From NCBI GenBank assembly GCA_023213395.1, contig CM041465.1, positions 252,099,741 to 252,163,740 on the forward strand: DNA of 64,000 nt, written 5' to 3'. Below are positions 13,967 through 27,352 of the stretch, one piece after another (within the stretch, counting starts at the first letter, position 1; every line of letters begins with the position of its first letter). Below the pieces are notes generated by a model. It searched no databases. It worked only from the letters and a program-made list of their open reading frames with translations, and was not told the origin of the DNA. Both the position numbers and the translations under genes were made by a program. The DNA is from Cycas panzhihuaensis (Eukaryota; Plantae; Cycadophyta).

Positions 13967-16331
13967 TGATATATGTTTGGGAAGTGAGACTGAGAATTCC
14001 AAGGGAAGCTATAAGAAATAGGGAAAAGATGCCTAGAGGTAGTCTCTAAAGGAACCATTCCTCCTTTACTACAGTCACTCCTATCTAACCTTCTTAGTCT
14101 GCAACTACTCTTGAGCCATTGCATTCTAATCGTCCCATTGTAGGCGTTCTATTCTACAACCATTCCTAGGTTATTCTCTAAGAGCACTTTGTTCTATGAC
14201 ACAAAAACGGTTGTACCTCCCCAAAAAATGATTGAATTTCATCCCATACTAGTTTTAACAATGCCAAGACTACTATGTAGAATGTTGAGTAGACTATGTG
14301 GAGTTATTTGAGTCCATAAATGGTTAGGATGTGGCTATAAACATAGGTAAGAAATTCCACAAACACATACAATAAAAATAAAGAAAACTCATAAATGGGG
14401 AAAATGTCCCTTGTATTCCAGAACTTGAAAAAATAGATTTGAATGCACCAAATAGCCCTTTACTTAACAGTTCTATGGCGATTTGAACCAATCAAGGATT
14501 TGGGTGTCTTTAATTGGTCACCAAAATGACTAACTCCTCTTCTTCTTCATGTGTCTTCTCTAACTCATTTGTGACCAAGGTTGAGGCTTGGCATTATTTC
14601 TCCTTTAGGAATTCCTCATTGGAATGTTCGTGGGACTTATGGTAGTCACAATACTTATGAGAGCCTTTACCCTTAGCTATGAAAGAAACCTAAGCCAGAG
14701 TAGAGGAAACGGTTACAATGGATTGTTGTTGAGGTCAAGGAGAATTCACATGAGGTCTCCATACAAATGACACTTTCTCCTTATGGGAGAGAGATTGTCT
14801 CTATTGAAATTGTGGCTTTAAGAGGTCGTTGCTTGCAACCCTCAAGCTTAAGTGCAAATTGGAAAACCTAATCTAAAGAAATAATACTAAATAATTCCAA
14901 TTCTTGCTATAAATATGGAAACAAACCACCTAAAAATTCTAGCTTAGGTACCTCATCAAAATTCGTGGACTCAAGTATGATGGATAGCTTATAAAAAGCG
15001 TCTGTGTCTTTTTGCATAGATGGTCAAGTCATTGGTGAAGATATAACTACCTTTTCAACTAATCATCCCTATAGTTGAGTGGGTAAGACCTTCCTCTAAA
15101 CATTTGCTTGATTTATGCCCAATAAGCAATAGTTTGTTGTTGATCTACAGGCAAATTCTTTATGTGTTTACCAATAGGCCAATGCTTGATCGGTCATGTG
15201 GATCTCAGCTACCAAGTCTTATGCTCATCAGTGAGCATTCGGCATTTGAAATAGCCATATAAACTTCAAAACCAAGTATCCAAGGCCTCTACATCCACGA
15301 CTTTGGTAAACTTAAGCATCGTGATTTTACTGTCCAATTTGAAATGTAGCTATTGGAAAGGAGCAACCATTGGAATTCCTTACTAATTCATGATCTATTG
15401 GAACATTAGCATCATGTTGTTCATCATTTGTACCTAATTATGGATCTGCCATCTGAGGGCATCCAAGAACATCTATCCATGACATTGAGTATGTTTTGTG
15501 GAGACATCTTCTTCTTCCTAAGAAGGTATACGCTTACCTCAATAGGGGATCATGAGGTGAGTGCTTCAAGAAAATGAAAACGTGGGTGATTTAGGAAAAG
15601 TTGGGCCTAATCGCAAGCTTTGATACCAATTGATATGTATTTGGAAAGTGGAACCAAGTATGTGAAGGAAAGGGGTAAGAAACAAAGAAGCAATACCAGA
15701 GGTAGTCTCTAGAGGAGCCATTCTTACAACCATTCTCTCCCTACAATAGTTGTTCCTATCTAACCATTCTAGTCTACAATTGTTCCTGACTCATTTTGTT
15801 CTAATTGTTCCTATTTAGAGTGTATTCCTACAGTTGTTCTATGACACAAAGAAGGATTCCAATGCATAAAGAGAGATTGAAATTCACCCCAAAATGGACC
15901 ATGGGCTTCTAAAATGCTAAGTCTCTTATAGAGAATGTTGAGTAGACCATGGTGAAATTGTCTCCGAGTCCCCAAATAGTCATGACGTGACCAAAAACAC
16001 GAGTGAGCAATTCTATAAACACATACAATAAAAATGGAGAAAACTTAGAAATGGGGAAAATCTCCTTTGTATTCCAAATCTCAGAAAAATAGATTTGAAT
16101 GTACAGAATAGTGTGCCCTCCCTCCTTTTATGGAGGCAACCTGCATCATCGAAGGGAAGTGCAATTACATGCATCAAGTTCTAAACTAAAAATCAACTAC
16201 AAAAATAACAAGAATCTAATAATAATTCCCAACTAACCTAAGCTAACTTGACCAACTATTCTAACTCAAGTCGCCTTTTGGACTTTAGGTGAACTCAATG
16301 TCCTAAGGGACCAAAAATCACATACATTACA
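13967..16331 (-). mobile_element. Decayed CRM-like Gypsy (F): LTR 15631-16331, PBS 15617-15628, gag remnant ~14460-15450, partial second LTR 13967-~14455
   Basis: Diverged direct repeats. Gag remnant FKLDSKITMLKFTKVVDVEALDTWF...YFKC is homologous to 58315-58521. No TSD match. Confidence 0.75.
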
Positions 16332-17433
16332 ATGTTTTACATAAATGAGTGAAATATGGAACATTTGAGCTCACTAAGCTCCATCCTAAACCTAACAAAT
16401 CTTGATTACATAATGGATGTGTCACTCCAAAGATCGACTATATCATTATAGGCAAAAGAAACTTATTACCAAATATGAACTTTGCCTCATGCATTGATTT
16501 TTCCTTTAACAAATTATAACATTGTGAAATATAGTCATATATTTTGCAAGACTTGATACCATTTTTATTGAAGCACCATCATTTCAACTTTAATTTCATA
16601 TAATTGAGGCTTCACCTTATAGAGTAATTGAGTCAAGGATGTTTGGCATACCTCCTTAGCAACAAGGGTTGAAGACAATTGACCTTTAGGTTTTGTTAAA
16701 TCATCATGACATTATGTCCTAAGCAGAACCTACAAACTAGGATTGGCTAGAAAAGAAAAAGCACCCATCACCAATAATTTAGTATTCAACTAGGCCATGT
16801 CCAATCAAGTCTTAGGCTTTGCACGTTCCTCAATTAATACAAACAAACAATTCCTACTGGAAGAGTACCAAAATTGGAAACATCCTCATTATGTAGTGCA
16901 TTGAAATTAATATATGTCTAGGTTGCTAAATAAAATCAAGGGATGGCAAGTAGCAACAGCTACCAGATCCAGGAGATATAGATCGTCCTGCCGAAGACAG
17001 AGGTTTACTCGACCGACACGAGGGTGCAGCTAGGCCTAGCAGGGATGTAGACCAGGTCCAGATGCGCAAAGGGAGACCACCCAGGAGCTGTGGACAGCAG
17101 GTATCGAGGAGGCTCACCAAGGTGGCAGTGTGGCTTCAACTAAGAAGAGGACACAGCCCCAGGTCGCCCAGTGGTCCTTGCGTCGGTGTCAAAGCAGAGG
17201 AAAGCTCTTGGTTGGGCGTGAGGAAGCATACGCCCCTCTAGTAGGGTTATGAGCAGCAGACTCTATTTGAATGCCTACATACAAGCAGGATCCATGAGGT
17301 GCACAGCCAAGAAGTCTCTTCAAAAAGGAGCCAAAGATCACGTCTTCCAAAGGGACAAGAGATAAGGTCCTCGTGCTCTGCCAAGTGAGGGATTTCATTT
17401 TGATCTCTGTAGCATGTCATTTACTGTGTTTGT

Positions 17434-18803
17434 TTGATGGAGGAAATTTTGAATATGGATAATAATCAAGAATCTAGTCAGGACCAGTATCACAAACAGA
17501 CTAAAAACCCTAACCAGATCCATGATCACAACAAAGGAAAATCGTATCTAGACGCCCTGAAAAATGGAGAAGAAGTGGAATCCTTTGACATAAACCCCAT
17601 TATGAACGAGGATATGATCAGAATTCCTATCCCAAAGGGATTGTCTGGTCGCATGGAGAGGCATTGGGAGAACTGCCTAGTAGGGAGGTTCTCAGGACCC
17701 AGACTTGGAGTGGACCCTATTAGGAAATGGGTGAGCCAAAGATGGAAACTGAAAGAGAAAGTGGAGGTCATAGCACTCCCAAAAGGGTGCATGCTTTTTG
17801 AATTCACGTACAAAGAAGACATGATAAGCGTCCTACTCAAATCGCCCTAGATGATAGGGAGGAAAGCGGTCCTCATGGAGAAATGGCATCCAAACTTCAA
17901 TCCGACCGAGGGATCTATCAAGCAAATCCCTCTTTGGGTTCAGCTCCCAGGATTGCCATTATAGGAGTGGGACTTGGACGCCATAAAAGGGATAGCTAAG
18001 GTTATCGGTTCTATTCAGGCGGTGGATTTAGCCACTAAGAACAAGAGCAGGCTAATGAATGTGAGATTCTGTGCTTTGGCCAGAACGGATAGACCTCTCC
18101 CTGACCAAGTGAAAATTGACGGAGAAGGATGGAGCAGAGTTCAAAAACTGATGTATGAACTTGACAATGTTAGATGTATATCGTGTAAGTATCTTGGTCA
18201 CCTCTCTCAAAATTGCCCTCGAGAACCAAAGAAGGAGCCTAAGGCAACTCATGAGGGCAATTCAGACGAGGACACCAATAAGTAGGGTGGCCATCCAGGA
18301 GAGCTTGATGAGGGGAAGAGAATAGAAGAAGATTTAATAGAAGTTGGAAAGGAGCTTGACTTGGGTGAGGAGGATACCCTTGAAGATAGGAGGAAGAAGA
18401 AGGGAAAGGGACAAGATGACTCCCTCCCCTGCCCATCATCAGACTCAAATGGAACAAATTGAACCTACCAGCAAGGATAAGGTCTATATAGAGGAGAAGG
18501 CCACTCCCCAAAACGAAGATCCAACACCTACAGATAGATAGGAGGAGCAAGGTAAACCTGAGGGTTTGGAAAATCAAAGATAAAGGGATTCAAGAGGAAG
18601 CTAAGGACCCAGAATATGACAAAGGCCCAGATTTTGGGACCGAAAGGAGGGTTGGCAGGACCCCTCTGAGGTTGTTGCACAAAAGGGAGGCAGCCTCACA
18701 GATAGACCAAGGCAGTCAAAGAACCTTAAGGGATGGAGGAGGGCTTGGCCCCATGTTAAGAAACAAAAGATGAGGACACCTGAGGGTGAAGAAGGCGGTG
18801 TAA
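17434..18803 (+). pseudogene. L1 ORF1 (DUF4283-like domain plus CCHC knuckle)
   Basis: WENCLVGRFSGPR...WVQLPGLP...CISCKYLGHLSQNCP; TAA at 18801-18803; internal stops. Confidence 0.9.
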
Positions 18804-18805
18804 TT

Positions 18806-21800
18806 ATGAAACTTGCCTCATGGAATATTCGAGATATAAATGCCCTATCTAAATATAGAATGGTTAGATATCTTTGAACTCAACTTGACCTGGATATCCT
18901 GTTACTCCAGGAAACTAAATTCGAAGCAGTTAATAGAGATAACATTAACAACAAAGTCTGGAGGGGAGCCAATATGATTGTTGTGGATGGGCAAAAAGGC
19001 TGGACGGCTTGGCCATTATGTGGAACCCCAGAGGATGGGAGGGAGAGGTCTGTCTATCTGAAGATCACTTTATATCTTGCTGGATAACCTGCAAGAAATC
19101 AAATCTTAAATGGCTGGTCTCAAATGTGTATGCTCCCCTCACGCAGGAAGGAAGGAAATGTTTATGGGATAGGATGTTGGAAGCCAATAAAGAATGGAAG
19201 GGACCTTGGCTAATAGCGAGAGACTTCAATACGACCTTGTTCCTTGATGAAAAGAGAGGCGATCAGGGAGGTTGAACGAAGAGCATGGAGGACCTAGGGG
19301 AATTCATGCAGAAGGGGGGGGTATGATGGATGTCTTCCTTAGAGGTTCAAAGTTTACCTAGTCTAATAGAAGGTTGGGAGCCCATCATATCCAGGTTGAA
19401 CTTGACAGAGTCCTAATAAACTATGCTTGGGCTAGTCAGTATAGTAATATTACCTTAGAAGCCATGCCAAAGTTGGTCTCGGATCACTCCTCGTTGGTCT
19501 TGGGGTTTGCGGACAACAAAAGATATATGAGAGCCCCCTTCCGATTTGAGCTTATGTGGACAAAGGATCCAAGCCTCTATGAGCTGATAAGAGATTGGTG
19601 GACGATTCCAGTTGATGGGTGCGCGATGTTAAGGTTCTCCAAAAACTTGAACTAGGTGAAACAAAAGGTTAAAGATTGGAATAAGATCTCCCATGGCAAT
19701 ATTTTTGAAATAAAGAACCAGATCCTGGGGGGACTCAAGGATCTAGAGATGAAAATCCAAGAGGAAGGGACATCTCATTCCTTGGTCCTGAGTGTGAGAA
19801 GTTTGCTCTCTAAGATGGAGGATATTCTGGTAAAAGAGGAAATCCATTGGAAGCAAAAATCCAAGGACCTCTGGTTAGTCGAAGGGGATAGGAATACGAA
19901 AATTTTTCACATGACCACTCTGAAACATAAGACCTGTAACCAAATTAAGGTCTTGGTTAACAGGGATGACGAGGAAATATCGGAGCCGAACGGCATTACG
20001 GACGTGGAGGTGGATTATTTCAAGGACATATTCAATGAACCAGGGTGTCAGGATGTGGGATTAGGAGAGAGGCTTTAGACCTGATCCCCAAGATCGTAGG
20101 AGAGGAGATGAATAGAGTCTTGGAAGCCCCCTTCACATTGGAAGAGGTGAAAAGAGCAGTCTTCGGCATGAAGAGGGAGAAAGCCCCAGGTCCAGATGGC
20201 TTTCCCCCTAGTTTCTTCAAAGAATATTGGGACATCATCAAGGAAGATCTCTTAGAGGCCATTATGGAATTTTTTGAGAATGGCAAGATTCACGAGGAAT
20301 GGCAAGCTACTTTCTTGGTTCTAATCCCAAAGAAGAGAGATGCGAAAAGGATGGAGGACTTTAGACCCATTAGCCAATGCAACGTGAAGTACAAAATTGT
20401 GTCCAAGATTCTGGCTAATAGGCTTAAGAGTATCCTCCCTCTAATCATATCGCCTAGTCAGGATGGCTTTGTCAAAGGTAGGCAGATCTTAGACGGGATA
20501 ATTGTGGTCCACAAAATTGTGCATTTGACTCATCAAAAGAAAAAGAATGGGATGATAGTCAAAATTGACTTGTCCAAGGCCTATGACAGGGTTTCATAGG
20601 ACTACTTATTGGATTGCATCAGGGCTTTTGGCTTTGGTGAGCAGTGGGGGAATTGGATTAATAGTTGTATCTCGAAGCCAAAGTTTTCTGTGATTATTAA
20701 TGGTACTTCGACCGCTTTCTTTCCAGCCTTTAGAGGTTTGAGGCAAGGGGACCCCTTAGCCCCGTACTAGTTCATCATTATGGCTGAATTAATGGGAAGA
20801 TCTATGGAGGAGGCTAGGAAGATAGGGAAGATTCTAGTGTTAAAGCCTACCTCAGATGTGGATAATGTAGTTCATCATCACTTTGTGGACAACAACATCT
20901 TGTTGGGTAGAGTTGCTATTGCGGAAGCCAGAACTATAAAGAACGAGCTAGAAAGGTTCGAGATTGCGATGAATCAGAAGATAAACCTGAACAAATGCAG
21001 CATATTTTTTCTGAACACAATGCAGAGAACCTAAAGAGTTGTTAGCAGGATTCCCGAAATGCCTATTAGGAAGCTCCCTTCCCTTTTCCTTGGTATGCCG
21101 CTTTTTGTGGGTAGAATGGAGAAGGATCTGTGGAACCTGATTATTGATCAGGTGCAAAGGAAGCTGGCTGGCTAGAAGGGGGCTCTTCTCAGCCAAGCTA
21201 GAAAACTTCAATTACTGGCAGCCTCTCTTTAGAGCATCCCAACCTATATGATGTCGTTGTTCAGATGCCCTTTGAATGTTATCAAAGTGTTAGAATCCAG
21301 ACAGAAAAGGTTCCTGCGATCCGGGGTAGAGGACAGGGATAGAATCCACCTAGTAGCCTAAGAGAAAGTATGCCTCCCTAAATGGGCCAGCAGGCTCAAT
21401 GTCAAAAATATTACATGCTTTAACAAGGCCTTGGTGACTAAGTTGGGCTGGAGATTGGCCAGGGAGGACAAAAACTCGTGGTGCAAAATTGTGACCCAGA
21501 AATACCTCAAGGACAAGCAGTACCTGAGAGATGATTTCTCGGGCAAGTTAGGATCCGCAATTTGGAGAAGCCTAACCTACACAAGAAAGATGTTGGCGTC
21601 CAGAGTTCAATGGTGCCTTGGGGACGGGAAGCTAATTAACTTTTGGGAGGATGTCTGATGCACACAACCCCAATTGAAGAAGAGACCAATTATTAGCTCC
21701 ATCCAAGACACTTGTGAAAGGCTTCATGGCAGAAAAGTCAAAGACTATTGGGAGATCCGCGGGGGCACAAAGAAATGGAGGCACTTTGACGTAATGCCTC

Positions 21801-23020
21801 TAGATTGCGTGGGTCAAGAGCAAATTGAGGCCCTCAGGTGTGAGTTGGTGAAAAGCTATATCCCCAAATTTCCCAAGGTAGACTCTCTGGTTTGGCCCTT
21901 GTCCCCTTTAGGGGAGTATTCGATGAAATCAGGCTACCTATTCCAGATCTTAGAAATGGGATTATCTAAAAACAAGTTGTTAGGGGGAGCTTGGAAAATG
22001 GGCCTGATCCCTAAGATCGCCATCTTCTGGTAGTTATGCCTTAAGAATAAAATCCTAACCTTGGATAACTTAAGTAGAAGAGGTTTCGCGATGGTGAACA
22101 GATGCATTTTGTGTAGGGAAGAGGAGTCGTCTCTTCACCACATCTTGTTGCACTACTCTTATTCCAAGGAAGTGTGGAAGCTACTGTGGAACATTTTCGG
22201 GGTAGCCTGGGTCTTACCCCAGAACTGTGAAGGACCTAGTTGCGTCATGGAAGTGCCCCTTCGGATGCAGAACTTTAAGGTTTTTGTGGACAACATCACT
22301 TCCTGTGCTGATGTGGAATCTTTGGAAAGAGAGGAACAAGAGAATCTTTCAAGAAAAGCTCATGGATAGTTCCAAGCTTTTTGGGATGATCTTTGCAGCT
22401 CTGAGAGAAACCTTGAAGGAGAAGGAAGAAAATCATGTCCCCCCAAGGAAAGGAAGACCTTGGAGTAGTGGGGTATTAGCCCCATTATGAACATGAAACC
22501 AAAGAGGCTCTGTAGATGGTGCCCCCCTCCCGAGGGTTGGGTCGAGATTAATTTCGATGGTGCGGCAAAAGGTAACCCTAGCAATGCAGGGAGTGGTGGG
22601 GTCTGCAGAAATGCTAAAGGGAAAGTGCTCTAGGCTTTTGCTAATTATTATAGGATTCAGACTAATCACCATGTGGAGTTGGAGGTGATCTGTAAAGTTA
22701 TGGAAATGATATCCCAAGAGGGGCATGATAGAGTGATCTTGGAAGGGGATTCATTGAATGTGATAAAACTAATAAGTGGGGAAGTGGACCTGAATTGCAA
22801 GCTCAGAACCATGATAAATGATGCTAAGGAGTCCCTCCAAAGGAGAGCAATTGTTTAGGTGGGTCACACATATAGGGAGGATAATGGTGTGGCTAATAGT
22901 TTGGCTAATTGGGGGGTTCAATTTAAAACAAGCGAGGCATGGAGGGATTTGATCCCTATTGGGATTATGGATCTGGTTAAGAAAGATATGGAGGGCACCA
23001 ACTCTGGTAGGCTTTCTTAG
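18806..23020 (+). pseudogene. L1 ORF2: APE endonuclease, reverse transcriptase, zf-RVT, RNase H-like domain
   Basis: MKLASWNIR, ARDFN, SDH, KAPGPDGF, KIDLSKAYDRV, RQGDPL, RCILC...HILLH, INFDGAAKGNP...ILEGDSLNVI. Confidence 0.95.
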
Positions 23021-24559
23021 CTGGCTACTGGGTTAGCAAGGGTAGATAGGGGGTTCTAACTTATTCAAGCTAGCCAGTGGGCTTGTCGTGGCAGGGTGGT
23101 CTGGTGGTTGCCTAGGTTTTATTTTAGTTTGAAGTTAGGCCATGGGCTTGTCACGACAGATCCATGGGGCCGTTCCAGCAGATTTTGTATAGGGGTTGAG
23201 GCCCCCTTTTAAATCCCCACATTTATTTAAACCTTACCAAAGAAAAGAAAGATCAAGGGATGGCAACACAGGAGAAATTGGCACTAGTTTTGATGCAAAT
23301 TGAAGACTAACTAAACTAGTATGTCAAAATGGCAAATTTTCAACACCAAACAACCTTCAAGTCAACTCAAGAGGAGCAACTGTATCTGTTGAGCATATGA
23401 TGGAAGAACTACCCTTGGAAGGTGAGCAAATCATCCTTGCTAGAGAAACAAAATCTAGAGTTTTTCCTAAATTAAGCAAACCACAAATCATAACCTAAGC
23501 TCACATAGGACTCACAAAACTAATACGAATTGAAGCAGATTTCTCTACAAAATAAATAGAATTAATCATGGAAAAATTTACAAAAGATACATGATTGAAT
23601 GACACATTCACTTCCAAGACCTATTGACACTAGTCAAAGAAGATGCAAAGGCAATGGACTTGGAAATAATAGTTATCGATAATGTTGACAAATTAGACAA
23701 AGAAGAAAGACATGCCTCATCTTTTTGAGGAAATGAAGTAATTATCTCATCACTAGTAATTACCCTATCAGTAGAGAAAACTACAAAAGCATACTACCAC
23801 AAAGTGGAAATTGAGAATATAATAGATAATGATTGAGCATTCAAACCCGCCATCTTTAAAAATCTATTATGTTCAATTGACCACCAAAGACAATAGAGAA
23901 GTAACATCTTGAGGTGTCAACAACAGTGCCATAGTAGGGGACATTATGAACACTCAATGAGCTCAAGGTAATTGAACTCCACAATGGTGTAATCAAAACC
24001 ACAAATACAAAGCTTTTCTAGGATTCCCAATGTTGTTGCAACTTTGTGGAAGTCTTCACTGGAAAAAAAACAGAAATTGTCTTTTACTGTTGCTTCAAAT
24101 AAGATCCCAACACAACCTCATCATCATCACTAGCAGAAATAGTTTTATGACTACACTTCACACCACTTCTGCAATTGATGGAGGAATTTCTACATCAGCA
24201 TCCCAACCCACAAGGTCCATATGCTCATTGGGCAATTCTTCCTCCAAGGGAACAAAAGGAATAGAGTGGTAATCCTAACAAGTCACCACCAAAGTTTAAG
24301 TGTGTTCGATTGATCTAAAGACGGCAATCTCTAAGGATAGCACCAAAGCACCTTGTAAAAGATGTCCAAAGACATTTGATTCATTGATTGTTGATTCCAT
24401 GATATTCAATGTTACAATAGGCACATCTACATACATGTGTCCTAATGTCTTTTCATGAACAGGCACAACTAATGAAATGAACCTATTGGTAATTAATGAT
24501 AATTAATAATAAATAATTGTTGATTAGGGATCCCAACAATACCACTCTTCTTTAGATGC

Positions 24560-24960
24560 TTTGCCCTTGAAGCATATTTAAGATGATGGCATGTTGTTTC
24601 CTTTACCATATAGGAGTATATCATAGTCATTTTCTTCGTGTCATTGAGTTATGCTTTTCAAAAACTTGAACAATGGCAAGTTTTCTAACAAAAGTAGGCT
24701 TGAATAGCCCTGTGCCATTGCAAATCCATAGTACTTTGCTAATTGTTGACTCCATGATGCATGATGGCTAAGATGTCCTCTGCTCCTATATGTTGTATGC
24801 ACATTGTCACCAATTAATCTTCCATTCCGCACACTATCACCAAGGAATCTTCCATTTGATTTCAATGTTAACTACAGATACATGTTGGATTGCATGCAAT
24901 CATCACCAATGAATTTGTTGTACATATATTCCTCAAAAGTTGTTGTTAGTGTTCTTTATG
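24560..24960 (-). pseudogene. Possible highly decayed PIF/Harbinger transposase fragment
   Basis: Ordered weak matches across frames: SNGRFLG (RGFPG), PSCIMESTISKVLWI (PTIILEAVASxDLWIW), LENLPLF (LxxSPLF). Confidence 0.3.
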
Positions 24961-27324
24961 ATGATGTTATCTTAAAATATGGTGCTCTATGTTAGTCTCT
25001 AAGACTTGCTTGATTTGGTTAAGAGATGAGGTTGTTGTGTTTAGCATTGGGGCGCTCTTCTAACATATTATTTTTTAATACCTTAATCGTAAATCAGTAT
25101 GTACTACTCTAGAGATGGTGTTGGATTTGTTGTCTTTATTTTTTTGCTACATAACTATCTCAACCCTGGGACCTAACCGCTAGCATATGTGACCATGGGA
25201 CTTGATTGTTAGTGCTACCTCATGGTTAGTAGGAATATTCGCCTCTTAACTTTCGTGTGTGGGCCGCTTTGTTTGGCCAATGGCATCCATGCAGGAGGCC
25301 TCCTTTGTCTTTATAAGGCCTCATAAAATATTAGGATGTATCTTTATGCATGCTTATTGTAACTAGGTGCATTGCAATGCAATCTTTTAGTGATCTTTTG
25401 GTATTTAATGATCTTTGGTGAATAATAAAATTTTGTTTTTGCCAATTATCCCATCTTGTTCTTTTGTGATCTATTTTGTGGTAGCTTCTATGGTGAAATT
25501 TTGGAGCAATACTATTCCATTTTGGCACATCAAACTTTCCACAATCCTTATCAAACAATATGCCTATAATATCACGAATTTCATCACCTAAAATAGAAGT
25601 TGGGTCAACATTAATATCTTGAGAGTCTACCTTTCCAATTGTCTCTTTTCATGATTTGGTATTTCGATAGATTGCACCCTAAGATCCCACGCGTCAAGCT
25701 TACTATAACTTGGAACTTCAATTCCTTGCATTGTCAAGAGTGTATCCATTTTCCTTAACAATTCTCTGAGTTCACTTTTTTACTTCTTCAAGTTTTATGT
25801 CATAACTACCATGTTGTTTATGTAATGATCTTGTGTTTGTGGAGATTTTGACCAGACAATTTTTTGTTGTTTAAATGCCCAAAGATTTTTTGTAGGTAGT
25901 TTATTTGTCAAACACCTACAATAAATATATTTTTATCGTGGTATTAAACTTATGTAGTATGTATCAACTATGTCTTTTTGAACTATATAATAAAAGAATA
26001 TTCTTGGAATAGAATATTCCCTTCCTTGTAGAGAATATTCTTTTTAAAAGAGTATTATTGTATTTATATTTTCCAAGGATTACAACTTAGAAAATGTAAT
26101 AATAATTTCTTCTTCTGATTTTATTTCCAAATTACTAGCATTATCAATGATGAATGCAATGAAGGATGTCGACAATTCAACATAGTGTCTTGCTATGCAC
26201 CACTCTAGCATTTGCATTGAAGTAGCTTGAATCGCAGAAATGAAAACAAGAAAATGTGAAAATACTAATTCCAAAAATCCTTGGAAATGCAAATACCTCC
26301 ATACACACACACACACTTAGACATATAATGAAAATAATACATATTAAATCATTATTCTATTCATTTAAATCATTGTTCTATGGATCTCAAAATAAAAAGT
26401 GCATAAAAGGCTCAAAATAGCCAAAAATAAGCTAGAAATAGCCAGAAATTGCAAAAATGGATTGGAAACAACTAGAAACAATAGAAAATGGATTGAAAAC
26501 AACTTAAGAATGTTTTTGGGTTGTTTCCTTGTTTTTGAAACATTTCCACATTTCAAAAATGGGAAATGGCCATAGATAGGGTGTTTCTAGCTATTTAGGC
26601 CTACGTTCAACGTAAATATGGCCCTTGCGAGGGATCAAAGCTAGCCCTCGAAATCCATGAAATTTGATGTTCAGCTATAGGTGCCTTTCCATTTGTTCAA
26701 CCCTTGCTCAACATATATTTGAGATCGCATGAGATTTCTTTTGCTAGCATGAGGGAAATTATCTTGCATTTTTCCATGTACATATACTTTTTGTTTTATA
26801 CTCTAAAATTACAAGTTTTTTTTTAGGGTGCAAGGCAAAAGACTTCGAAGTTGCCATAAATTAACAATACCAAGAGGTTTTCCATAATCTGCAAGGTTTC
26901 TACATTGCCTATGATGGCCACATGAGGGTGACTATAGTGTACAACAATTGCGTAAAGCCACAGAATTTAGGGTTTTTTATTTTTTTTTGTGAGAAGGTAG
27001 GGGGTATACGTACCTATATGTATGTATGTACCTATATATCTATATAAATAGATAGATAGATACACATATATGTGACATAATTTTTATTGTTTATTATTTT
27101 CTCTTTGTTTTATACTTCATCTCTTCTTCCTCAAGTGACAAAGGCAACTTACGTCTGATTTATTCTACCCAATAAGGGCTAGGCAATCATGGATTATGGG
27201 TTTAATATTTGCATATTTAACGAGGGTGAATATCACAGTGAAGATGTTTACCAGACAATTGGGCAGATAGTGGAAGATTCAGTTTGAGAATTTAAGACAA
27301 AATAGTGGTGGAATGGATCTCAAT

Positions 27325-27352
27325 CTTTTCTTCTTCTTCTTCTTCTTCTTCT
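27325..27352. repeat. (CTT)n microsatellite
   Basis: Direct reading. Confidence 0.9.

Larger units (their letters stand above)
16950..23251 (+). mobile_element. Full-length L1 LINE (5' UTR, ORF1, ORF2 EN-RT-zf-RNase H, 3' UTR, A-rich tail), inactivated
   Basis: 15-bp TSD ATCAAGGGATGGCAA at 16935-16949 and 23252-23266; decayed poly(A) at ~23239-23250. Confidence 0.95.

Noticed and set aside
13967-16331. Treating the two F LTR copies as one dated insertion
   Set aside because: The left copy is truncated and strongly diverged, and the flanks AACTT/ATGTT do not match.
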